Assembly: GCA_964016885.1 (NCBI GenBank)
Contig: OZ024743.1
Location: 45,260,001 to 45,324,000, forward strand
Length of the DNA: 64,000 bases
Direction of reading: 5' to 3'
From: Eledone cirrhosa
Lineage: Eukaryota
Shown: piece by piece, positions 43,301-56,600 of the stretch
How positions within the stretch are numbered: position 1 is the stretch's first letter
Layout: each line of letters opens with the position of its first letter
Notes under the pieces: generated by a model
Seen by the model: the letters and a program-made list of their open reading frames with translations, nothing else
The model's database searches: none
What the model was told of the DNA's origin: nothing
Translations under genes and position numbers: made by a program

Positions 43301-46300
43301 ATGAAACCAAGTAGGCTAACGGAACTTTATGAGATTCTAGTCTATCACCCAAGTAGGCTAACGGAACTTTATGAGATTCTAGTCTATCACCCAAGTAGAC
43401 CAACGGAACTTTATGAGATTCTAGTCTATCACCCAAGTAGGCTAACGGAACTTTATGAGATTCTAGTCTATGAACCCAAGTAGGCTAACGGAACTTTATG
43501 AGATTCTAGTCTATCACCCAAGTAGACCAACGGAACTTTATGAGATTCTAGTCTATCACCCAAGTAGACCAACAGAACTTTATGAGATCCTAGTCTATCA
43601 CCCAAGTAGACCAACGGAACTTTATGAGATTCTAGTCTATCACCCAAGTAGACCAACGGAACTTTATGAGATTCTAGTCTGTCACCCAAGTAGACCAACG
43701 GAACTTTATGAGATTCTAGTCTATCACCCAAGTAGACCAACGGAACTTTATGAGATTCTAGTCTATCACCCAAGTAGACCAACGGAACTTTATGAGATTC
43801 TAGTCTATCACCCAAGTAGGCTAACGGAACTTTATGAGATTCTACTCTATCACCCAAGTAGACCAACGGAACTTTATGAGATTCTAGTCTATCACCCAAG
43901 TAGGCTAACGGAACTTTATGAGATTCTACTCTATCACCCAAGTAGACCAACGGAACTTTATGAGATTCTAGTCTGTCACCCAAGAAGGCTAACGGAACTT
44001 TATGAGATTCTAGTCTATCACCCAAGTAGGCTAACAGAACTTTATGAGATTCTACTCTATCACCCAAGTAGACCAACGGAACTTTATGAGATTCTAGTCT
44101 GTCACCCAAGAAGGCTAACGGAACTTTATGAGATTCTAGTCTATCACCCAAGTAGGCTAACGGAACTTTATGAGATTCTAGTCTATCACCCAAGTAGACC
44201 AACGGAACTTTATGAGATTCTAGTCTGTCACCCAAGTAGACCAACGGAACTTTATGAGATTCTAGTCTATCACCCAAGTAGACCAACGGAACTTTATGAG
44301 ATTCTAGTCTATCACCCAAGTAGACCAACGGAACTTTATGAGATTCTAGTCTATCACCCAAGTAGGCTAACGGAACTTTATGAGATTCTAGTCTATCACC
44401 CAAGTAGACCAACGGAACTTTATGAGATTCTAGTCTATCACCCAAGTAGACCAACGGAACTTTATGAGATTCTAGTCTATCACCCAAGTAGACCAACGGA
44501 ACTTTATGAGATTCTAGTCTATCACCCAAGTAGACCAACGGAACTTTATGAGATTCTAGTCTATCACCCAAGTAGGCTAACGGAACTTTATGAGATTCTA
44601 GTCTATCACCCAAGTAGACTAACGGAACTTTATGAGATTCTAGTCTATCACCCAAGTAGACCAACGGAACTTTATGAGATTCTAGTCTATCACCCAAGTA
44701 GACCAACGGAACTTTATGAGATTCTAGTCTATCACCCAAGTAGACCAACGGAACTTTATGAGATTCTAGTCTATCACCCAAGTAGACCAACGGAACTTTA
44801 TGAGATTCTAGTCTATCACCCAAGTAGACCAACGGAACTTTATGAGATTCTAGTCTATCACCCAAGTAGACCAACGGAACTTTATGAGATTCTAGTCTAT
44901 CACCCAAGTAGACCAACGGAACTTTATGAGATTCTAGTCTATCACCCAAGTAGGCTAACGGAACTTTATGAGATTCTAGTCTATCACCCAAGTAGACCAA
45001 CGGAACTTTATGAGATTCTAGTCTATCACCCAAGTAGACCAACGGAACTTTATGAGATTCTAGTCTATCACCCAAGTAGGCTAACGGAACTTTATGAGAT
45101 TCTAGTCTATCACCCAAGTAGACCAACGGAACTTTATGAGATTCTAGTCTATCACCCAAGTAGACCAACGGAACTTTATGAGATTCTAGTCTATCACCCA
45201 AGTAGACCAACGGAACTTTATGAGATTCTAGTCTATCACCCAAGTAGACCAACGGAACTTTATGAGATTCTAGTCTATCACCCAAGTAGACCAACGGAAC
45301 TTTATGAGATTCTAGTCTATCACCCAAGTAGACCAACGGAACTTTATGAGATTCTAGTCTATCACCCAAGTAGACCAACGGAACTTTATGAGATTCTAGT
45401 CTATCACCCAAGTAGACCAACGGAACTTTATGAGATTCTAGTCTATCACCCAAGTAGACCAACGGAACTTTATGAGATTCTAGTCTATCACCCAAGTAGA
45501 CCAACGGAACTTTATGAGATTCTAGTCTATCACCCAAGTAGACCAACGGAACTTTATGAGATTCTAGTCTATCACCCAAGTAGACCAACGGAACTTTATG
45601 AGATTCTAGTCTATCACCAAAGTAGACCAACGGAACTTTATGAGATTCTAGTCTATCACCCAAGTAGGCTAACGGAACTTTATGAGATTCTAGTCTATCA
45701 CCCAAGTAGGCTAACGGAACTTTATGAGATTCTAGTCTATCACCCAAGTAGACCAACGGAACTTTATGAGATTCTAGTCTATCACCCAAGTAGACCAACG
45801 GAACTTTATGAGATTCTAGTCTATCACCCAAGTAGACCAACGGAACTTTATGAGATTCTAGTCTATCACCCAAGTAGACCAACGGAACTTTATGAGATTC
45901 TAGTCTATCACCCAAGTAGACCAACGGAACTTTATGAGATTCTAGTCTATCACCCAAGTAGACCAACGGAACTTTATGAGATTCTAGTCTATCACCCAAG
46001 TAGACCAACGGAACTTTAGGAGATTCTAGTCTATCACCCAAGTAGGCTAACGGAACTTTATGAGATTCTAGTCTATCACCCAAGTAGACCAACGGAACTT
46101 TATGAGATTCTAGTCTATCACCCAAGTAGACCAACGGAACTTTATGAGATTCTAGTCTATCACCCAAGTAGGCTAACGGAACTTTATGAGATTCTAGTCT
46201 ATCACCCAAGTAGACCAACGGAACTTTATGAGATTCTAGTCTATCACCCAAGTAGACCAACGGAACTTTATGAGATTCTAGTCTATCACCCAAGTAGACC

Positions 46301-49300
46301 AACGGAACTTTATGAGATTCTAGTCTATCACCCAAGTAGACCAACGGAACTTTATGAGATTCTAGTCTATCACCCAAGTAGACCAACGGAACTTTATGAG
46401 ATTCTAGTCTATCACCCAAGTAGACCAACGGAACTTTATGAGATTCTAGTCTATCACCCAAGTAGGCTAACGGAACTTTATGAGATTCTAGTCTATCACC
46501 CAAGTAGACCAACGGAACTTTATGAGATTCTAGTCTATCACCCAAGTAGACCAACGGAACTTTATGAGATTCTAGTCTATCACCCAAGTAGGCTAACGGA
46601 ACTTTATGAGATTCTAGTCTATCACCCAAGTAGACCAACGGAACTTTATGAGATTCTAGTCTATCACCCAAGTAGACCAACGGAACTTTATGAGATTCTA
46701 GTCTATCACCCAAGTAGACCAACGGAACTTTATGAGATTCTAGTCTATCACCCAAGTAGACCAACGGAACTTTATGAGATTCTAGTCTATCACCCAAGTA
46801 GACCAACGGAACTTTATGAGATTCTAGTCTATCACCCAAGTAGACCAACGGAACTTTATGAGATTCTAGTCTATCACCCAAGTAGACCAACGGAACTTTA
46901 TGAGATTCTAGTCTATCACCCAAGTAGACCAACGGAACTTTATGAGATTCTAGTCTATCACCCAAGTAGGCTAACAGAACTTTATGAGATTCTAGTCTAT
47001 CACCCAAGTAGACCAACAGAACTTTATGAGATTCTAGTCTATCACCCAAGTAGACCAACGGAACTTTATGAGATTCTAGTCTATCACCCAAGTAGGCTAA
47101 CGGAACTTTATGAGATTCTAGTCTATCACCCAAGTAGGCTAACGGAACTTTATGAGATTCTAGTCTATCACCCAAGTAGACCAACGGAACTTTATGAGAT
47201 TCTAGTCTATCACCCAAGTAGACCAACGGAACTTTATGAGATTCTAGTCTATCACCCAAGTAGACCAACGGAACTTTATGAGATTCTAGTCTATCACCCA
47301 AATAGACCAACGGAACTTTATGAGATTCTAGTCTATCACCCAAGTAGACCAACGGAACTTTATGAGATTCTAGTCTATCACCCAAGTAGGCTAACGGAAC
47401 TTTATGAGATTCTAGTCTATCACCCAAGTAGACCAACGGAACTTTATGAGATTCTAGTCTATCACCCAAGTAGGCTAACAGTACTATATGAGATTCTAGT
47501 CTATCACCCAAGTAGACCAACGGAACTTTATGAGATTCTAGTCTATCACCCAAGTAGGCTAACGGAACTTTATGAGATTCTAGTCTATCACCCAAGTAGA
47601 CCAACGGAACTTTATGAGATTCTAGTCTATCACCCAAGTAGACCAACGGAACTTTATGAGATTCTAGTCTATCACCCAAGTAGACCAACGGAACTTTATG
47701 AGATTCTAGTCTATCACCCAAGTAGACCAACGGAACTTTATGAGATTCTAGTCTATCACCCAAGTAGACCAACGGAACTTTATGAGATTCTAGTCTATCA
47801 CCCAAGCAGACCAACGGAACTTTATGAGATTCTAGTCTATCACCCAAGTAGACCAACGGAACTTTATGAGATTCTAGTCTATCACCCAAGTAGACCAACG
47901 GAACTTTATGAGATTCTAGTCTATCACCCAAGTAGACCAACGGAACTTTATGAGATTCTAGTCTATCACCCAAGTAGACCAACGGAACTTTATGAGATTC
48001 TAGTCTATCACCCAAGTAGACCAACGGAACTTTATGAGATTCTAGTCTATCACCCAAGTAGGCTAACGGAACTTTATGAGATTCTAGTCTATCACCCAAG
48101 TAGACCAACGGAACTTTATGAGATTCTAGTCTATCACCCAAGTAGGCTAACAGAACTATATGAGATTCTAGTCTATCACCCAAGTAGACCAACGGAACTT
48201 TATGAGATTCTAGTCTATCACCCAAGTAGGCTAACGGAACTTTATGAGATTCTAGTCTATCACCCAAGTAGACCAACGGAACTTTATGAGATTCTAGTCT
48301 ATCACCCAAGTAGACCAACGGAACTTTATGAGATTCTAGTCTATCACCCAAGTAGGCTAACGGAACTTTATGAGATTCTAGTCTATCACCCAAGTAGGCT
48401 AACAGAACTTTATGAGATTCTAGTCTATCACCCAAGTAGACCAACGGAACTTTATGAGATTCTAGTCTATCACCCAAGTAGACCAACGGAACTTTATGAG
48501 ATTCTAGTCTATCACCCAAGTAGACCAACGGAACTTTATGAGATTCTAGTCTATCACCCAAGTAGACCAACGGAACTTTATGAGATTCTAGTCTATCACC
48601 CAAGTAGGCTAACGGAACTTTATGAGATTCTAGTCTATCACCCAAGTAGGCTAACAGAACTTTATGAGATTCTAGTCTATCACCCAAGTAGACCAACGGA
48701 ACTTTATGAGATTCTAGTCTATCACCCAAGTAGACCAACGGAACTTTATGAGATTCTAGTCTATCACCCAAGTAGACCAACGGAACTTTATGAGATTCTA
48801 GTCTATCACCCAAATAGACCAACGGAACTTTATGAGATTCTAGTCTATCACCCAAGTAGACCAACGGAACTTTATGAGATTCTAGTCTATCACCCAAGTA
48901 GGCTAACGGAACTTTATGAGATTCTAGTCTATCACCCAAGTAGACCAACGGAACTTTATGAGATTCTAGTCTATCACCCAAGTAGGCTAACAGTACTATA
49001 TGAGATTCTAGTCTATCACCCAAGTAGACCAACGGAACTTTATGAGATTCTAGTCTATCACCCAAGTAGGCTAACGGAACTTTATGAGATTCTAGTCTAT
49101 CACCCAAGTAGACCAACGGAACTTTATGAGATTCTAGTCTATCACCCAAGTAGACCAACGGAACTTTATGAGATTCTAGTCTATCACCCAAGTAGACCAA
49201 CGGAACTTTATGAGATTCTAGTCTATCACCCAAGTAGACCAACGGAACTTTATGAGATTCTAGTCTATCACCCAAGTAGACCAACGGAACTTTATGAGAT

Positions 49301-52080
49301 TCTAGTCTATCACCCAAGCAGACCAACGGAACTTTATGAGATTCTAGTCTATCACCCAAGTAGACCAACGGAACTTTATGAGATTCTAGTCTATCACCCA
49401 AGTAGACCAACGGAACTTTATGAGATTCTAGTCTATCACCCAAGTAGACCAACGGAACTTTATGAGATTCTAGTCTATCACCCAAGTAGACCAACGGAAC
49501 TTTATGAGATTCTAGTCTATCACCCAAGTAGACCAACGGAACTTTATGAGATTCTAGTCTATCACCCAAGTAGGCTAACGGAACTTTATGAGATTCTAGT
49601 CTATCACCCAAGTAGACCAACGGAACTTTATGAGATTCTAGTCTATCACCCAAGTAGGCTAACAGAACTATATGAGATTCTAGTCTATCACCCAAGTAGA
49701 CCAACGGAACTTTATGAGATTCTAGTCTATCACCCAAGTAGGCTAACGGAACTTTATGAGATTCTAGTCTATCACCCAAGTAGACCAACGGAACTTTATG
49801 AGATTCTAGTCTATCACCCAAGTAGACCAACGGAACTTTATGAGATTCTAGTCTATCACCCAAGTAGGCTAACGGAACTTTATGAGATTCTAGTCTATCA
49901 CCCAAATAGGCTAACAGAACTTTATGAGATTCTAGTCTATCACCCAAGTAGACCAACGGAACTTTATGAGATTCTAGTCTATCACCCAAGTAGACCAACG
50001 GAACTTTATGAGATTCTAGTCTATCACCCAAGTAGACCAACGGAACTTTATGAGATTCTAGTCTATCACCCAAGTAGACCAACGGAACTTTATGAGATTC
50101 TAGTCTATCACCCAAGTAGGCTAACGGAACTTTATGAGATTCTAGTCTATCACCCAAGTAGGCTAACAGAACTTTATGAGATTCTAGTCTATCACCCAAG
50201 TAGACCAACGGAACTTTATGAGATTCTAGTCTATCACCCAAGTAGACCAACGGAACTTTATGAGATTCTAGTCTATCACCCAAGTAGACCAACGGAACTT
50301 TATGAGATTCTAGTCTATCACCCAAGTAGACCAACGGAACTTTATGAGATTCTAGTCTATCACCCAAGTAGACCAACGGAACTTTATGAGATTCTAGTCT
50401 ATCACCCAAGTAGACCAACGGAACTTTATGAGATTCTAGTCTATCACCCAAGTAGACCAACGGAACTTTATGAGATTCTAGTCTATCACCCAAGTAGACC
50501 AACGGAACTTTATGAGATTCTAGTCTATCACCCAAGTAGACCAACGGAACTTTATGAGATTCTAGTCTAACACCCAAGTAGGCTAACGGAACTTTATGAG
50601 ATTCTAGTCTATCACCCAAGTAGACCAACGGAACTTTATGAGATTCTAGTCTATCACCCAAGTAGACCAACGGAACTTTATGAGATTCTAGTCTATCACC
50701 CAAGTAGACCAACGGAACTTTATGAGATTCTAGTCTATCACCCAAGTAGACCAACGGAACTTTATGAGATTCTAGTCTATCACCCAAGTAGACCAACGGA
50801 ACTTTATGAGATTCTAGTCTATCACCCAAGTAGACCAACGGAACTTTATGAGATTCTAGTCTATCACCCAAGTAGACCAACGGAACTTTATGAGATTCTA
50901 GTCTAACACCCAAGTAGGCTAACGGAACTTTATGAGATTCTAGTCTATCACCCAAGTAGACCAACGGAACTTTATGAGATTCTAGTCTATCACCCAAGTA
51001 GACCAACGGAACTTTATGAGATTCTAGTCTATCACCCAAGTAGGCTAACGGAACTTTATGAGATTCTAGTCTATCACCCAAGTAGACCAACAGAACTTTA
51101 TGAGATTCTAGTCTATCACCCAAGTAGGCTAACAGAACTTTATGAGATTCTAGTCTATCACCCAAGTAGGCTAACAGAACTTTATGAGATTCTAGTCTAT
51201 CACCCAAGTAGACCAACAGAACTTTATGAGATTCTAGTCTATCACCCAAGTAGACCAACGGAACTTTATGAGATTCTAGTCTATCACCCAAGTAGGCTAA
51301 CGGAACTTTATGAGATTCTAGTCTATCACCCAAGTAGACCAACGGAACTTTATGAGATTCTAGTCTATCACCCAAGTAGACCAACGGAACTTTATGAGAT
51401 TCTAGTCTATCACCCAAGTAGACCAACGGAACTTTATGAGATTCTAGTCTATCACCCAAGTAGACCAACGGAACTTTATGAGATTCTAGTCTATCACCCA
51501 AGTAGACCAACGGAACTATATGAGATTCTAGTCTATCACCCAAGTAGACCAACAGAACTTTATGAGATCCTAGTCTATCACCCAAGTAGACCAACGGAAC
51601 TTTATGAGATTCTAGTCTATCACCCAAGTAGACCAACGGAACTTTATGAGATTCTACTCTATCACCCAAGTAGACCAACGGAACTTTATGAGATACTAGT
51701 CTATCACCCAAGTAGACCAACGGAACTTTATGAGATTCTAGTCTATGAACCCAAGTAGGCTAACGGAACTTTATGAGATTCTAGTCTATCACCCAAGTAG
51801 ACCAACGGAACTTTATGAGATTCTAGTCTATCACCCAAGTAGGCTAACGGAACTTTATGAGATTCTAGTCTATCACCCAAGTAGACCAACGGAACTTTAT
51901 GAGATTCTAGTCTATGAACCCAAGTAGGCTAACGGAACTTTATGAGATTCTAGTCTATCACCCAAGTAGGCTAACGGAACTTTATGAGATTCTAGTCTAT
52001 CACCCAAGTAGACCAACGGAACTTTATGAGATTCTAGTCTATCACCCAAGTAGGCTAACGGAACTTTATGAGATTCTAGT
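37400..52080. repeat. 6933-bp offset duplication whose second copy was lengthened by an internal duplication; boundaries approximate
   Basis: AGACT at 37683/44616, CTTTAGG at 39081/46014 and AATAG at 40368/47301 all differ by 6933 (165x42+3). The terminal cassettes at 43174/51745 differ by 8571. Confidence 0.85.
47200..50300. repeat. 1512-bp (36-monomer) tandem duplication; boundaries approximate
   Basis: AATAG at 47301/48813, GTACTATA at 47481/48993 and CAAGCAGA at 47807/49319. Confidence 0.88.
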
Positions 52081-55000
52081 CTATGAACCCAAGTAGGCTA
52101 ACGGAACTTTATGAGATTCTAGTCTATCACCCAAGTAGACCAACGGAACTTTATGAGATTCTAGTCTATCACCCAAGTAGACCAACAGAACTTTATGAGA
52201 TCCTAGTCTATCACCCAAGTAGACCAACGGAACTTTATGAGATTCTAGTCTATCACCCAAGTAGACCAACGGAACTTTATGAGATTCTAGTCTGTCACCC
52301 AAGTAGACCAACGGAACTTTATGAGATTCTAGTCTATCACCCAAGTAGACCAACGGAACTTTATGAGATTCTAGTCTATCACCCAAGTAGACCAACGGAA
52401 CTTTATGAGATTCTAGTCTATCACCCAAGTAGGCTAACGGAACTTTATGAGATTCTACTCTATCACCCAAGTAGACCAACGGAACTTTATGAGATTCTAG
52501 TCTATCACCCAAGTAGGCTAACGGAACTTTATGAGATTCTACTCTATCACCCAAGTAGACCAACGGAACTTTATGAGATTCTAGTCTGTCACCCAAGAAG
52601 GCTAACGGAACTTTATGAGATTCTAGTCTATCACCCAAGTAGGCTAACAGAACTTTATGAGATTCTACTCTATCACCCAAGTAGACCAACGGAACTTTAT
52701 GAGATTCTAGTCTGTCACCCAAGAAGGCTAACGGAACTTTATGAGATTCTAGTCTATCACCCAAGTAGGCTAACGGAACTTTATGAGATTCTAGTCTATC
52801 ACCCAAGTAGACCAACGGAACTTTATGAGATTCTAGTCTGTCACCCAAGTAGACCAACGGAACTTTATGAGATTCTAGTCTATCACCCAAGTAGACCAAC
52901 GGAACTTTATGAGATTCTAGTCTATCACCCAAGTAGACCAACGGAACTTTATGAGATTCTAGTCTATCACACAAGTAGACCAACGGAACTTTATGAGATT
53001 CTAGTCTATCACCCAAGTAGACCAACGGAACTTTATGAGATTCTAGTCTATCACCCAAGTAGGCTAACGGAACTTTATGAGATTCTAGTCTATCACCCAA
53101 GTAGACCAACGGAACTTTATGAGATTCTAGTCTATGAACCCAAGTAGGCTAACGGAACTTTATGAGATTCTAGTCTATCACCCAAGTAGACCAACGGAAC
53201 TTTATGAGATTCTAGTCTATCACCCAAGTAGGCCAACGGAACTTTATGAGATTCTAGTCTATCACCCAAGTAGACCAACGGAACTTTATGAGATTCTAGT
53301 CTGTCACCCAAGAAGGCTAACGGAACTTTATGAGATTCTAGTCTATCACCCAAGTAGACCAACGGAACTTTATGAGATTCTAGTCTATCACCCAAGTAGG
53401 CTAACGGAACTTTATGAGATTCTAGTCTATCACCCAAGTAGACCAACGGAACTTTATGAGATTCTAGTCTATCACCCAAGTAGACCAACGGAACTTTATG
53501 AGATTCTAGTCTATCACCCAAGTAGGCTAACGGAACTTTATGAGATTCTAGTCTATCACCCAAGTAGGCTAACAGAACTTTATGAGATTCTAGTCTATCA
53601 CCCAAGTAGACCAACGGAACTTTATGAGATTCTAGTCTATCACCCAAGTAGACCAACGGAACTTTATGAGATTCTAGTCTATCACCCAAGTAGACCAACG
53701 GAACTTTATGAGATTCTAGTCTATCACCCAAGTAGACCAACGGAACTTTATGAGATTCTAGTCTATCACCCAAGTAGGCTAACGGAACTTTATGAGATTC
53801 TAGTCTATCACCCAAGTAGGCTAACAGAACTTTATGAGATTCTAGTCTATCACCCAAGTAGACCAACGGAACTTTATGAGATTCTAGTCTATCACCCAAG
53901 TAGACCAACGGAACTTTATGAGATTCTAGTCTATCACCCAAGTAGACCAACGGAACTTTATGAGATTCTAGTCTATCACCCAAGTAGACCAACGGAACTT
54001 TATGAGATTCTAGTCTATCACCCAAGTAGACCAACGGAACTTTATGAGATTCTAGTCTATCACCCAAGTAGACCAACGGAACTTTATGAGATTCTAGTCT
54101 ATCACCCAAGTAGACCAACGGAACTTTATGAGATTCTAGTCTATCACCCAAGTAGACCAACGGAACTTTATGAGATTCTAGTCTATCACCCAAGTAGACC
54201 AACGGAACTTTATGAGATTCTAGTCTAACACCCAAGTAGGCTAACGGAACTTTATGAGATTCTAGTCTATCACCCAAGTAGACCAACGGAACTTTATGAG
54301 ATTCTAGTCTATCACCCAAGTAGACCAACGGAACTTTATGAGATTCTAGTCTATCACCCAAGTAGACCAACGGAACTTTATGAGATTCTAGTCTATCACC
54401 CAAGTAGACCAACGGAACTTTATGAGATTCTAGTCTATCACCCAAGTAGACCAACGGAACTTTATGAGATTCTAGTCTATCACCCAAGTAGACCAACGGA
54501 ACTTTATGAGATTCTAGTCTATCACCCAAGTAGACCAACGGAACTTTATGAGATTCTAGTCTAACACCCAAGTAGGCTAACGGAACTTTATGAGATTCTA
54601 GTCTATCACCCAAGTAGACCAACGGAACTTTATGAGATTCTAGTCTATCACCCAAGTAGACCAACGGAACTTTATGAGATTCTAGTCTATCACCCAAGTA
54701 GGCTAACGGAACTTTATGAGATTCTAGTCTATCACCCAAGTAGACCAACAGAACTTTATGAGATTCTAGTCTATCACCCAAGTAGGCTAACAGAACTTTA
54801 TGAGATTCTAGTCTATCACCCAAGTAGGCTAACAGAACTTTATGAGATTCTAGTCTATCACCCAAGTAGACCAACAGAACTTTATGAGATTCTAGTCTAT
54901 CACCCAAGTAGACCAACGGAACTTTATGAGATTCTAGTCTATCACCCAAGTAGGCTAACGGAACTTTATGAGATTCTAGTCTATCACCCAAGTAGACCAA

Positions 55001-56600
55001 CGGAACTTTATGAGATTCTAGTCTATCACCCAAGTAGACCAACGGAACTTTATGAGATTCTAGTCTATCACCCAAGTAGACCAACGGAACTTTATGAAAT
55101 TCTAGTCTATCACCCAAGTAGACCAACGGAACTTTATGAGATTCTAGTCTATCACCCAAGTAGACCAACGGAACTATATGAGATTCTAGTCTATCACCCA
55201 AGTAGACCAACAGAACTTTATGAGATCCTAGTCTATCACCCAAGTAGACCAACGGAACTTTATGAGATTCTAGTCTATCACCCAAGTAGACCAACGGAAC
55301 TTTATGAGATTCTACTCTATCACCCAAGTAGACCAACGGAACTTTATGAGATACTAGTCTATCACCCAAGTAGACCAACGGAACTTTATGAGATTCTAGT
55401 CTATGAACCCAAGTAGGCTAACGGAACTTTATGAGATTCTAGTCTATCACCCAAGTAGACCAACGGAACTTTATGAGATTCTAGTCTATCACCCAAGTAG
55501 GCTAACGGAACTTTATGTGATTCTAGTCTATCACCCAAGTAGACCAACGGAACTTTATGAGATTCTAGTCTATGAACCCAAGTAGGCTAACGGAACTTTA
55601 TGAGATTCTAGTCTATCACCCAAGTAGGCTAACGGAACTTTATGAGATTCTAGTCTATCACCCAAGTAGACCAACGGAACTTTATGAGATTCTAGTCTAT
55701 CACCCAAGTAGGCTAACGGAACTTTATGAGATTCTAGTCTATGAACCCAAGTAGGCTAACGGAACTTTATGAGATTCTAGTCTATCACCCAAGTAGACCA
55801 ACGGAACTTTATGAGATTCTAGTCTATCACCCAAGTAGACCAACAGAACTTTATGAGATCCTAGTCTATCACCCAAGTAGACCAACGGAACTTTATGAGA
55901 TTCTAGTCTATCACCCAAGTAGACCAACGGAACTTTATGAGATTCTAGTCTGTCACCCAAGTAGACCAACGGAACTTTATGAGATTCTAGTCTATCACCC
56001 AAGTAGACCAACGGAACTTTATGAGATTCTAGTCTATCACCCAAGTAGACCAACGGAACTTTATGAGATTCTAGTCTATCACCCAAGTAGGCTAACGGAA
56101 CTTTATGAGATTCTACTCTATCACCCAAGTAGACCAACGGAACTTTATGAGATTCTAGTCTATCACCCAAGTAGGCTAACGGAACTTTATGAGATTCTAC
56201 TCTATCACCCAAGTAGACCAACGGAACTTTATGAGATTCTAGTCTGTCACCCAAGAAGGCTAACGGAACTTTATGAGATTCTAGTCTATCACCCAAGTAG
56301 GCTAACAGAACTTTATGAGATTCTACTCTATCACCCAAGTAGACCAACGGAACTTTATGAGATTCTAGTCTGTCACCCAAGAAGGCTAACGGAACTTTAT
56401 GAGATTCTAGTCTATCACCCAAGTAGGCTAACGGAACTTTATGAGATTCTAGTCTATCACCCAAGTAGACCAACGGAACTTTATGAGATTCTAGTCTGTC
56501 ACCCAAGTAGACCAACGGAACTTTATGAGATTCTAGTCTATCACCCAAGTAGACCAACGGAACTTTATGAGATTCTAGTCTATCACCCAAGTAGACCAAC
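49700..56600. repeat. 3658-bp offset duplication; boundaries approximate
   Basis: TCTAAC at 50568/54226 and ATGAAC at 51745/55403, 51914/55572 and 52083/55741 all differ by 3658 (87x42+4). The copies share CTGTCACCCAAGAAGG monomers. Confidence 0.85.
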
